From Candidatus Pacearchaeota archaeon (GTDB taxonomy: Archaea > Nanobdellota > Nanobdellia > Pacearchaeales > GW2011-AR1), in assembly GCA_038885615.1 (NCBI GenBank), contig JAVZZP010000002.1:698-64697 (forward strand): a stretch of DNA of 64,000 nucleotides, written 5' to 3'. The notes beneath the pieces were generated by a model. That model did no database searches. It had not been told where the DNA came from and worked only from the letters and a program-made list of their open reading frames with translations. This document shows, one piece after another, positions 27,924 to 37,424 of the stretch. Both the position numbers and the translations under genes were made by a program. Every line of letters starts with the position of its first letter. The stretch's first letter is position 1.

Positions 27924-29041
27924 TCACTTTTCTTCTTTTTCTAGACGTCTGATTATTCTAAAACCAACATTATCTCCGAATAAATTCTTGGAAGGAGAGT
28001 AACCGTTATCATAATGGTTTGGAAAATAATTTTTCATTTTTTCTATGCTTTCATCTTCTCCAGGAGTAAAATTTATTCCAGGGGTTATGCAAATAAAACA
28101 AGGATCTCCATCTATCTCTATAAAGCTCCTATCTTCTCTCATTTCTTCATAATTCAAAAAGAAATCTTTTTTTAATCTTCTTAAATTAATATTGACAAAC
28201 TCTGCAGCATTTCCAAGCATATCATAAACTCCATACTGATTTGGTTTTAAGCTTTTTATTGGCATAATTTGGGTTGGTTTCTTTCCAGTATTTCTCTCAA
28301 CTCAGCCCATTCTCTTAAGTTTAGAGCTCCTCTGCTATTTTCCATTTCTTTTACTCTTCTTTCTAAGTCTTTATCAACCCAAAAGATGTTTGCTATTTCT
28401 CTATTTGTTTCTCCATAAATTCCTTCTTTTGGAATATTTTCTCCTCGCCAAGCAAGAAGCCATTCGCCAGCTGTAGGAATTCTATAGTTTTTTCCTGTTC
28501 TTGCAGAAAGATACTCAACAAAACGCAAAGCATTTAGAAAGCTAATTCTTTTCACAGGCATATTCGGATTTCTTATATTTTCAGGTACGCCTCCTTTTCG
28601 GTTATAAGTATCTTCTTTAGGATCATAACCTCTATCTCTTTCTAGATATGCTAACCATTGCCCTATTGTAATTTCACTCTCGCTTATCCAAAAAGGATCA
28701 ACACTTTCAATAAAAGTTTCACCCAAAGGATTCCTGAAAAGTTCTACTTCTCCTCCTTTGAAATAAAGCATTTTTATATTTAAATCAGCAAAGTTTTCAA
28801 CATAGTCTTTTCTTTCATCTCTTAGGGCAGATCTCTTTCTATGCCGCTCAATAATTTTTTGTGAAGATTTTTTTGGCGAGGTTGTTTCTTCTTTAGCAGT
28901 TGCTTAAGTTTGATATTCCGTTTTTTCTCTTGTTTCGGATAGTGTTTTTTCTTCCGTATTTTTTCCGCAACCACAAATTGGAGAAGTTAAAAGAGAAGCT
29001 ACCAAGATTCCTATAAGGCCTAACTTCTTTAAATCTTCCAT
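27924..29041 (-). pseudogene. Lipoprotein with FGE-sulfatase (CLec-fold) domain, disrupted
   Basis: ATG 29041 gives MEDLKKLGLIGILVASLLTSPICGC (lipobox-like). In-frame TAA at 28904-28906 and a frameshift near 28265. Motifs SEITIGQW, YRIPTAGEW, PNQYGVYDMLGNAAEF and VGFR. Confidence 0.75.
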
Positions 29042-29085
29042 TTTTTTAGAATTATTTTTAAAAATAAAAAAATAACAATATTTTT

Positions 29086-31261
29086 ATGGGTTTCAGGAAA
29101 ACTCTTACAGATATTGTAGGCAGGGGATTATTAGCAGGAACACTTCTTTTTAGTCCGATAAATAGTTATGCCCAACAACAAAGAAAAGCAGAAATTTCGT
29201 CAAGACAACAATATTCTGTTGAAGTTAGTAGAGAAAATCCCGAATTTTCTTTTGAAGTTCCGATGGACTTATACAGAGATACAACAACAAAAAGATTTTC
29301 TGAAGGAAACTTTCCAATTTATTTTGAAGGAAGAATGGATTATGATACAGGTACTTTTTATTTTTCTTATAGTGCTGGAAAAATGACAGAGGAAGGACCT
29401 TTGCTTGGAAAAAGAAATATTGAAGAAGCAAAAAAACTGCCCCCATACAATGTTCCTTTTTTAGATAATGACAAAACAAGAGCTTATTTTGTTTCAACTG
29501 GAGAGAATATTTTTTTGAGTAATTTGAAACAGTGGGAATGGGTTCATAATGGAAAGAATAATCCTCAAAGAGTTTTAATGGATTTTGCTGATACTCCTGC
29601 AGGAAGAATTTTTATGTGGGCAGCCAATAAAGGAGTTGATTATTTAGTTGATAAAGGGGATGCTTTTTTGACAGGAGGTTTGAATCTCGTTCCTTATCTT
29701 GGAGAAGTGGGGGAAGAACTAACTTCCGACTTAATAGACGAATTTGAACTTGGCCCATTAAAAAATTTAAAAAAATATCTTGAAAAAAGAGCAGAGGAAG
29801 CAAAAGAAAGAGAAAAGGTTGAATATAAACTGCATTTTCTAAAGAACGAAAAGCACTTTCTTTTTCTCTTTCTTTTGCTTCACTAAAATCTTCTACTGCA
29901 AGGGCTTTCGAAATGACCTTGAGAAATGATGGTTTTGAAGACGAGAAAGTTGCTTTTTTAATAAAATCCTTGCCTGTAGAAAATAAATCAAGAGATTATG
30001 GAACAATTCATGGAGAGATTAGAGACATTGGGATTATTGTTAGCTTACCTTCGCTTGTTGATTTTAATAATTTTTTAGGAACTTGGGAAGTGGCTGACGG
30101 TGTTGGAGCAGGAAGGTATATGAGAAATGCGGTTTATGTTTTAGATATAGATAAGATTACCTTGATTGAAGGATCAAATAAAGATTCAATGCCTTTTGGT
30201 ACTAAAAAAGTTTTTGATAAAAGAACAATTGTTTTTTTCCACCAGAATCATTCAAAGCTGCTTTTTTAAGAAGTTTATCCCCCAATAGAATGTGGATGAC
30301 TTTTAGTCGTTTTGATAATGAAGAAGAGTTTAGATCTTTTAGAGCTTCCGACTTAGAAAGGTTGTTTGAAGAAGATAGGGTGGAATTGAGATTGGCTGGA
30401 GGGAGAAAATTGTTTTCATCAGAACAAGAAAAAGAATTGGAGAAGTTGGAGGGGGTTTGGGCATTATCTAAAGAAAATGATAACGGAAAAAAGATTGTTT
30501 TCTTAAAAAAACCCCACATAATTCTTTTTGCTAGAGAAGATGAACCTTCAATAGTTTCTAGATATTCTGGATTTGAAAAGGATAGCAGAGGTTATTTTAG
30601 ATTTGATATTCTTAATGATTTCTTAAACGAGGGAGAAATTATGGAAGCACAAAGTCTTTTTTTTGAACCTCGCACTAAAATGGATAGGGAATTTATAACT
30701 CTTCATTTGAGAATAGAAGAGGAGGATATGGCTTTTGAGTTTAATAAAGAGAATATAAATGTAGAAAATCTTCGGTACTATTTTTATCCAAACCTATCAA
30801 GAAACATGCTCAATAAGGATTTCGTTATTGTTGGAATGAATTATCCGCTATTAAATAAAAAATTAAGGGGCGATTTTGGGACTATTTCTTTGGCAGAGGG
30901 AGGTAAGTTTGTTGTTCCTAAAAAGAGCGATCATCCTTTAGAAGATGGTAAACCTTTTACAATAGAAGAAGTTAGGTCTTTCAGAGGGTTGCCTTTTTTA
31001 TTTGTGAATGGAAGAAAAAAAGTAGAAGTTAACCATCCTGCTAAAGGGACTTTAGAAATATCTGTTTCGATGAATGGAGTTTTAACAGCTGACAAAGATG
31101 GATCTCCTATTTTTTCTATGTGTTTTACCGACTTTAATGAAGAAAATAACCTTACAAGAAATTTATCTGAAAAAGAAAACAATGAGGTCGTTTTAGAAAA
31201 ACTTCGAATAGCTGCAGGAGCTAGTTTTTTAGATGGTTATTATATCCTTAGTGAGAAGTAA
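29086..31261 (+). pseudogene. Large secreted protein gene in three frames
   Basis: Signal peptide GLLAGTLLFSPINSYA. ORFs 29086-29886, 29913-30269 and 30290-31261 join through single-base shifts near 29861 and at the T7 run 30232-30238. Confidence 0.6.
29797..29881. repeat. Perfect 20-bp inverted repeat with a 45-bp spacer
   Basis: GAAGCAAAAGAAAGAGAAAA (29797-29816) and TTTTCTCTTTCTTTTGCTTC (29862-29881). Confidence 0.9.
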
Positions 31262-31350
31262 CACTTAATCTTCTTATGATTTCATCGTAATCGACTTTAT
31301 AGGAACTAATTTCCATTAGTCTGTTTCTATTTTTAAGGAGGATATTTTTT

Positions 31351-32745
31351 CTAAGAATCCAAGATTATCATTTGGACTCTCAACATTCTTCCACTTTGAT
31401 AAAATATTATTTTTTCTCCTTCAAAAACTTTATTATCTCGATTGGCGGATCTCCACACGTCTTTTTTTATGTATTTAAAATTGTTTCTGGCTCCAATTAC
31501 ATCTTTATAGTATCTAACTGCCCAAGCTCTTTCTCCGATTTCTTTATTAAGTTTATTTATTTCTTCTTGAGCAAAGGTTTCTATATTGTCTGTTGATCTT
31601 TTTTCAACTATTTCAATCATTTGTTCATATATTTTTCTTCTTTCATTGCCAAATTTAATTTCTTTTTTCAGGAAATCTTCTAAGGTTCTATTATACTCTG
31701 CTTGTTTTTAAGGAGATCTTTTACCAAGAAAAGTATTATTTATCTCAGAGTAGTTTAAAAAAATATTTGTTTTGCAACCATATGGTTTTCCAGAAATATC
31801 TTTTAAAATATTATCTGGCATCTTTAATTCTTCTGGTTTAATATAATTTGAATAAATTCCCGTTATCCAAGATTTTCCTTCAATAGTACAATAAATAATT
31901 ATTCTTCCATCTTCAGAAATTTCCCCTACTGAGGATAATCTTCGTCCCCTAGCAGTAGTTAATTGCCCAAAATAAAGAAAGATTCTATCATTTTCTTTTT
32001 TTAAATAAAATTTGTCAACATTATTTCTTAATAATCCAAATACTAGATAGTCTTTAAGGTTTATAATTAAGTATTCTTCTTTTTTTTCTAAAATCCTCCT
32101 TCTAGTTTCTCCCCTCAAATCAACTATTCTTGGTTCTTCAACGCCCCAATAAATTAAGTTTAGCTTTCTTTCTAGGTCATCCCACGCCTCTTTTTTTTGG
32201 CAGACATAATTTGGGCCGCCCAAACCTTTTATTGTTGAGTTGTCTAAAAGAATAAGAGCTTTAAATAATTCTTCTCCTGTTTCCAACTCCTTTTTTAGAA
32301 CTTCTAAAAATTTAGAGCTTCCTCTAGTGAAAACAGAGTTATCAATATATATTTTTCTTTCGTGCGGGCCATTGAGAATATTTGAGCCAAGATATACTTC
32401 TCTAAAAGGTAAGGGTAGATTAATTATAATTTTGTCTCCTCCAACAACCCATTGTATTTCTGTCCTTTTGTAATTGCCACTTTCTTTTATATAAAAAAAA
32501 GAATTACTTGTTCCACTTTTAAATCTCCCAACTTCTTCATATCCATCTGGGCAAATATCAACTTGAATATTGTCTGGTACAATTTCTATATCTTCCCCAT
32601 CATTTCTTTGGTATTCTGGAAGATTTTTTATCCAGAGGTCAATCCTAGTTCTAAAAAGAAAGAAAGCAACCAGCAAGACGACCAGTATTACTACTATAAA
32701 AATTATAATAGGATCGCTTTGTAATTGTGCTTTTTTCTTTCCCAT
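31351..32745 (-). CDS. Large pilin-like protein interrupted by an in-frame TAA (31708-31710)
   Basis: MGKKKA/QLQSDPIIIFIVVILVVLLV. The frame continues past the stop (KQAEYNRTLEDFL...) into ORF 31351-31620. Confidence 0.65.
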
Positions 32746-32919
32746 TTATTCTCTTCCCCCAAATCTAAGAAAACCTTTGAAGTAATCTATTCCGTTAGAT
32801 AATTTTCCCCTTAATGCAAATATTATCAATAAAATTATTATCAATACTATTATCCCTAATATGAACCATCCTGTAAACTCTTGTGGCATTGAAAGAGCTC
32901 TTTTTTTAGATTTTTTCAT
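32746..32919 (-). CDS. Small pilin (57 aa), first gene of the cluster, missed by the ORF track
   Basis: MKKSKKRA/LSMPQEFTGWFILGIIVLIIILLIIFALRGKLSNGIDYFKGFLRFGGRE; its stop abuts the next ATG. Confidence 0.7.
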   Translation of the reverse strand: MKKSKKRALSMPQEFTGWFILGIIVLIIILLIIFALRGKLSNGIDYFKGFLRFGGRE

Positions 32920-32990
32920 ATTTTTTATAAAAAATTTAGCTTAATAAATCTTTAGAAAAAGCTTATATATCTATTTTTTGATTTAAATTA

Positions 32991-33512
32991 ATGGAAAAGA
33001 TTAAGGCATATTTTTCTTCGGGCAAAATATTCTCGAACACAAAAGAAGCATTTTCTCTTTTAGAAGAAAGCTGTTTCGGAGAAAAAGATGGAGAAAAAGT
33101 TTTTTATTCTTCATTTGAATCGGTTTTTCTTTTAGAGGAAGGAAAAATGATTTTATCTAAAATTAATGAAAAAGAAATGTTTGTTGAAGAATTAATTGCT
33201 TTTTTCGAGAAAAAAGATAAAAGTTTTTCTTTAAAATACTTAGTTTTTAAGGATTTAAGAAATAAAGGGTATGTTGTTAAGAGCGCTTTAAAATTTGGAG
33301 CCGATTTTAGAGTTTATGAAAAAGGAAAAAAAGTTAGCGAAGAACATGCAAAATGGTTGGTTTCTGTTTTTTCAGAGCATGAAAAAATTTCATTTAAGGA
33401 TTTTTTTGCTAAGAATAGGGTTGCTCATTCAGTTAATAAAATTTTACTTTTAGCAATAGTTGATGATGAGAACGATGTTTCTTATTATGAAAATTTATGG
33501 AGGAGATTATGA
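32991..33512 (+). CDS. endA: tRNA-intron endonuclease
   Basis: YLVFKDLRNKGY, KFGADFRVY, EHA and RVAHSVNKILLLAIVD. Confidence 0.92.
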   Translation: MEKIKAYFSSGKIFSNTKEAFSLLEESCFGEKDGEKVFYSSFESVFLLEEGKMILSKINEKEMFVEELIAFFEKKDKSFSLKYLVFKDLRNKGYVVKSALKFGADFRVYEKGKKVSEEHAKWLVSVFSEHEKISFKDFFAKNRVAHSVNKILLLAIVDDENDVSYYENLWRRL

Positions 33513-34489
33513 CAATAAATGTTTCTTCTGTCAAGCAGAAAATAATTGAATACTTAAGAGAAAGAGGGCCTTCCTTACCTGTAAATTTAACGAAAATTAG
33601 CGGAATGAGCTTAACTTTTACTTCTGCCATTCTTTCTGAATTGTTGGCAGAAAGAAAAATAAAAATTTCAAACTTGAAAGTTGGTTCTTCTCCATTATAC
33701 TATTTGGAGGGTCAAGAAGAAAAACTTGAGAATTTTATTGATAACTTAAAGCCCGTTGAGAAAGATGCTTTTTTGAAACTGAAACAAAATAGAATTTTAG
33801 AGGATGAAAAACAAAGTCCTCAAATAAGGGTTGCTCTTCGTTCTATTAAAGATTTTGCTGTTCCTGTAAGAGTTGGAGAAAAACTTTTTTGGAAGTACCA
33901 TCTTTTGTCTGACGAGAAAGCAAAAGAAGCAATAGGCGGGGAGAAGAAAGAAGAAGTGGCAGTAGGCCAGGAGAGGGTTATTGGTCAAAGCATTTGGAAT
34001 GACATAAAAAAGGAATTTTCAAGGGAAGAAGTAGAGGATATTATAAGAAAAAGAGTTGCCGAAATTGTTGAAAAAATAAAAGAAGAAACTTTAGTTAATG
34101 AAGCGAAAAAAGAAGCGGAAGAAGCAAAGGAAGAGGGGGCAATTGAAAAACATGCTATCAAAGAAAAAAGAAGACCGCAAAAAAAGAAAAAGACAAACCC
34201 TCTTTTTGATTTTTCTAAAAAAGCAATTGAAGAGAAAGGTTTTGTTATAAAAGAAATACTTAAAGACACAAAAGATAAGGTTCTTTTAGTTTGTTCTATA
34301 GAAAGTAAAAATTACTTGGTTTTTGTGTATGGCAAAAAAAGTGTTGATGACAAGGAAATATTTAAGGATTACAAAAAGTATTATCAGAATTATGATGGAT
34401 TTTTTTTGTTTGTTCGAGAAGAAAAAAAGCAAGTTTTAGATATAAAAAAGAAGTTTTTTGAAGACATAAAGGAAATTTTTTCTTTTTAG
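33509..34489 (+). CDS. Conserved hypothetical protein with N-terminal winged helix
   Basis: KIIEYLRERGPSLPVNL...SAILSEL...KVGSSPLYYL; GGAGGAG before ATG 33509. Confidence 0.7.
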   Translation: MTINVSSVKQKIIEYLRERGPSLPVNLTKISGMSLTFTSAILSELLAERKIKISNLKVGSSPLYYLEGQEEKLENFIDNLKPVEKDAFLKLKQNRILEDEKQSPQIRVALRSIKDFAVPVRVGEKLFWKYHLLSDEKAKEAIGGEKKEEVAVGQERVIGQSIWNDIKKEFSREEVEDIIRKRVAEIVEKIKEETLVNEAKKEAEEAKEEGAIEKHAIKEKRRPQKKKKTNPLFDFSKKAIEEKGFVIKEILKDTKDKVLLVCSIESKNYLVFVYGKKSVDDKEIFKDYKKYYQNYDGFFLFVREEKKQVLDIKKKFFEDIKEIFSF

Positions 34490-34529
34490 GATTAGTAAAA
34501 TTTAAAAATACCTTTTTTAATGAATTTTC

Positions 34530-34739
34530 ATGGGAAGAATTAAATCAAAGCTAGTAAAAAAAAGTGCAGAGGATTTTATTTCTGCCTCTCCCGAATTATT
34601 TACTAAAAGTTTTGAAGAGAATAAAAAAATACTTGGAAATACAATGCCTAGCAAAAAGATAAGAAATCAAATTGCAGGTTATATTGCAAGAATTAAGAAA
34701 AGAGAGTTTAAATTAATTGAACATGGCAGTACAAACTGA
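34530..34739 (+). CDS. rps17e: 30S ribosomal protein eS17
   Basis: MGRIK...FEENKK...SKKIRNQIAGYI. Confidence 0.95.
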   Translation: MGRIKSKLVKKSAEDFISASPELFTKSFEENKKILGNTMPSKKIRNQIAGYIARIKKREFKLIEHGSTN

Positions 34740-35046
34740 AAACAAAACGCAGGAAGTGAAAGAAAAACAAATTGAGAAGGGGGTTGTTCTAGTTGGAAGC
34801 AAACCTTTAATGAAATATGTAAGTGCAGTTGTTCTTCAGTTCAATACTGAAAACTTAAAACAAGTTACGATAAGGTCTAGGGGAAAATTTATTTCCAAAG
34901 CGGTTGATGTTGCAGAAGTTGTAAGAAATAAGTTCCTAAAAGACAAAAATCTTAAATCAAAAGTTTCAATCGGTACAGAAAACTTCACGGATAAGGCCGG
35001 AAAGCAGCTTTCTATTTCTACAATCGAAATTGTTTTGGAAGTTTAA
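34723..35046 (+). CDS. albA: DNA/RNA-binding protein Alba
   Basis: VGSKPLMKYV, RSRGKFISKAVDVAE and STIEIVL. Confidence 0.93.
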   Translation: MAVQTENKTQEVKEKQIEKGVVLVGSKPLMKYVSAVVLQFNTENLKQVTIRSRGKFISKAVDVAEVVRNKFLKDKNLKSKVSIGTENFTDKAGKQLSISTIEIVLEV

Positions 35047-35170
35047 TTATTAAGAAATTAATTAGGCAGAATAAGGTCTAATATTTTTCAAAAATTATTC
35101 TTATGTTTTAATTAAGAAGTATATACAAAATTTCAGTTAAATTTAAAAAGTTCAATTATTTTTTTAATAT

Positions 35171-35373
35171 ATGCAAAGCCAATATATGCCTAAGAGCTGT
35201 ATTAAAGGAAGATTTTCCTTAGTTGGCTTTGTGACAATTCTAGGGGCCCATTATTGATTTTTTCGGGGCCTTTAGATATCACGAATTCTTTATTAATTAC
35301 ATCGCAGGGAGGGTATCTCAAGGTCTCTTAAAATCAGTAAGGTTTTCTAGAAAATTAAAAGAGGGAGGAGAAA
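35171..35373 (+). ncRNA. Candidate structured RNA / long 5' leader
   Basis: TATA TTTAAAAA at 35142. Stems GCAAAGCCAA/TTGGCTTTGT, AAGGAA/TTCCTT and CTAGGGGCCC/GGGCCTTTAG; the G-U pairs favour the + strand. Confidence 0.45.
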
Positions 35374-35460
35374 ATGAGAGAAGAAGAATGGGAGATAGAA
35401 GGGCTTGATGAATGGGAAGAAGAAGTGCTTAGAAGAGTGCATATGATAGAAGAGAATTAA
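35374..35460 (+). CDS. Small acidic peptide (28 aa)
   Basis: MREEEWEIEGLDEWEEEVLRRVHMIEEN, preceded by a strong SD (GGGAGGAG). Confidence 0.5.
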   Translation: MREEEWEIEGLDEWEEEVLRRVHMIEEN

Positions 35461-35732
35461 TTCTTTTGTTTTTTTGAATTGTATTTTTTATCTATTTTAG
35501 ATTCGATTCTCTCTAATTTTTTTTCTATATAGTTGATTTTTTCATATATTTTTTGAATTTTTGATAATTTTTTGAATTTGATAATTTCGGTTATTGTTAA
35601 AAAGATTATATAAATAATTATAACTAATCCAACTCCTTGAAGGAACTTTATGATATAATACACTTCTGGAATTTCTTTTATTTGTTTTATAAAATCTGAT
35701 AAAATATTGCCCAGTATTTCTTTTTCACCCAT
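35457..35732 (-). CDS. Small single-TM protein with coiled-coil tail
   Basis: LQGVGLVIIIYIIFLTI followed by heptad-like KINYIEKKLERIESKI. Confidence 0.65.
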   Translation of the reverse strand: MGEKEILGNILSDFIKQIKEIPEVYYIIKFLQGVGLVIIIYIIFLTITEIIKFKKLSKIQKIYEKINYIEKKLERIESKIDKKYNSKKQKN

Positions 35733-35784
35733 TATTTCTCTAGTTAAGAAAAGTTTATAAGTTATTCGTTTTTCACTATTTTAC

Positions 35785-35856
35785 GGCTCTGTAGCTTAGT
35801 GGTAGAGCGCCGCTCTCATAAGGCGGAGGTCGCGAGTTCAATTCTCGCCAGAGCCA
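35785..35856 (+). tRNA. tRNA with CAT anticodon (elongator Met or Ile2)
   Basis: GGCTCTG/CAGAGCC acceptor, CCGCT-CTCATAA-GGCGG anticodon arm and GCGAG-TTCAATT-CTCGC T arm. Lacks the initiator A1:U72 pair and GGG/CCC stem. Upstream TATA AAGTTTATAA. Confidence 0.92.
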
Positions 35857-35894
35857 TTCGCAAGATTTTTAATGTCCTATTTTTATATTGTTTT

Positions 35895-37424
35895 ATGGAG
35901 AATAAAAGAGGTGCTATTAAAAATATTTTGCTTGTTATAGTTTTGAACTTTTTTGTTGTTTTCTCTTCAGCGCAAAATGAGATCTCTATAAATTCGCGAT
36001 TAAATGACTTGGACGCAGAGTTTTTTATTAAATTTTTAGATGAATGTAGCAGTGACCCTTTTGATTCATATGATTTTATTTTGCCTCCTCTTATAGATGA
36101 TTATTCGCTTCTTTTTTCAAGATATAAGCAAGAGAATATTAATCTTTCTGTTGATTGTTGGAATCCTCGAGGAACAATGAACAAAACTCTTGATTTGGTT
36201 TATAAAGTTGTAAGCCCTGCGAATCAAACAGGAGAACTTTTTTTTTATTGGGATCCTTCTGATTTTTCTGGGCAGTATTTTAGAACAAATCCTGTTTTAG
36301 TTGATTTAGAAACAGGGCAAAGAATTAATATGTCTTCGCAATCTTCTGCTTCTTTTTCAAATTCTCAAAGAGAGAGAAATCTTTTTTTAGAGATGTATTT
36401 TGAGGGGTGCGGTGATGGAATAATAAATTTAGATGAGCATTGTGATGGACAAAATCTCGGAGGAAAAACCTGTGTTTCTTTGGGCTATGCCGGAGGAAAT
36501 TTAAGTTGTAATCCAAGCACTTGCCGTTTTGACCTCAGGCAATGTTTTGATGAGCAGGGAAACTTTCCTTCGAATGATGGTGGAGGTTCTGGTGGGGGCG
36601 GCGGTTCGGTACGAGAAGAAAAAAAATGCATAGACGAATGCGTACTTGGTTCTAGAAGATGTGTTTCAAACTCAAGTTTAAGGGTTTGTGGGGACTTTAA
36701 TGGAGATAATTGCACAGAATGGGGCAACGAAGAAAAATGCTTAGGAATTTCTCCTTTTTGTAAAGATGGATTTTGCTATGGTTGCTTGTCTGATAGAGAT
36801 TGCAGAGATGGTTTTTGTATTAATGGAAAATGTGAGATAAATTGTAACTTAACATGTAAGGATTTAGGTTACGAGTGCGGAGAATACTTTTTTTGTGGAA
36901 AGATTGTTAGTTGTGGGAATTGTTCTTCAGGTTTTTGTAATAAAGGAAGGTGTTCTAAATTGCCTGAAGATATTTCTAAATTAAAGGAAGGTGATTGTGA
37001 AGCAGATTTTTTATGTTCTCCTTGGTCTGAATGCAAAGTTTTTTTTGATTTTGAAAAGGTAATTTTGGGAAAAGATTGGTTCAAAGGAAAAAAAGAAAGA
37101 GTTTGCTTTGATAAGAATAAGTGTTATTCAGGTTTTATTGAGAAAGAAGATTGTTACCTTAAAAGGGAAGTTTTTTTTAGAGAGGTAACCTTGTGCGGAA
37201 AAAAATATATAGAGATTTATGATAAGAAGACAAATGAGCTTATTTCTAGGTTGACTGATTCTAGATATTCAAAAAAGTCGCTGGTCGAAATTTTTTTGTT
37301 GCCGGAGGTTTCTTTTCTTTGCGAAGAAGATAGGGAGTATTATAAAATATCTTTGTTTGATAGAGTAATGTTTTTTCTTAATTTAAGAAAGGTTTTGGGG
37401 GTTTTTGAATGGATAAAAGGATAA
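35895..37424 (+). CDS. Secreted Cys-rich protein
   Basis: Signal peptide, a CGDG...EHCDG Cys-rich repeat, Gly linker and further Cys-rich modules. Start moved out of the tRNA to ATG 35895. Confidence 0.75.
   Translation: MENKRGAIKNILLVIVLNFFVVFSSAQNEISINSRLNDLDAEFFIKFLDECSSDPFDSYDFILPPLIDDYSLLFSRYKQENINLSVDCWNPRGTMNKTLDLVYKVVSPANQTGELFFYWDPSDFSGQYFRTNPVLVDLETGQRINMSSQSSASFSNSQRERNLFLEMYFEGCGDGIINLDEHCDGQNLGGKTCVSLGYAGGNLSCNPSTCRFDLRQCFDEQGNFPSNDGGGSGGGGGSVREEKKCIDECVLGSRRCVSNSSLRVCGDFNGDNCTEWGNEEKCLGISPFCKDGFCYGCLSDRDCRDGFCINGKCEINCNLTCKDLGYECGEYFFCGKIVSCGNCSSGFCNKGRCSKLPEDISKLKEGDCEADFLCSPWSECKVFFDFEKVILGKDWFKGKKERVCFDKNKCYSGFIEKEDCYLKREVFFREVTLCGKKYIEIYDKKTNELISRLTDSRYSKKSLVEIFLLPEVSFLCEEDREYYKISLFDRVMFFLNLRKVLGVFEWIKG

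Noticed and set aside
27924..28265. Diversity-generating retroelement targeting the CLec domain
   Set aside because: I saw no reverse transcriptase and no template-repeat copy in this window; a remote DGR cannot be excluded.
21352..31710. TAA reassignment or readthrough suggested by several in-frame TAA codons
   Set aside because: Many intact core genes end in TAA, and the affected genes also carry frameshifts, so decay is the simpler explanation.
35171..35235. Resemblance to a c-di-GMP-I riboswitch (GCAAAGCC...GCCTAA), SRP RNA or RNase P RNA
   Set aside because: The upstream GNRA-capped stem, the SRP helix-8 motif and the RNase P P4 motifs are absent.
35799..35894. N-terminal extension of ORF 35799-37424
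   Set aside because: It overlaps the CAT tRNA; ATG 35895 gives a proper signal peptide.
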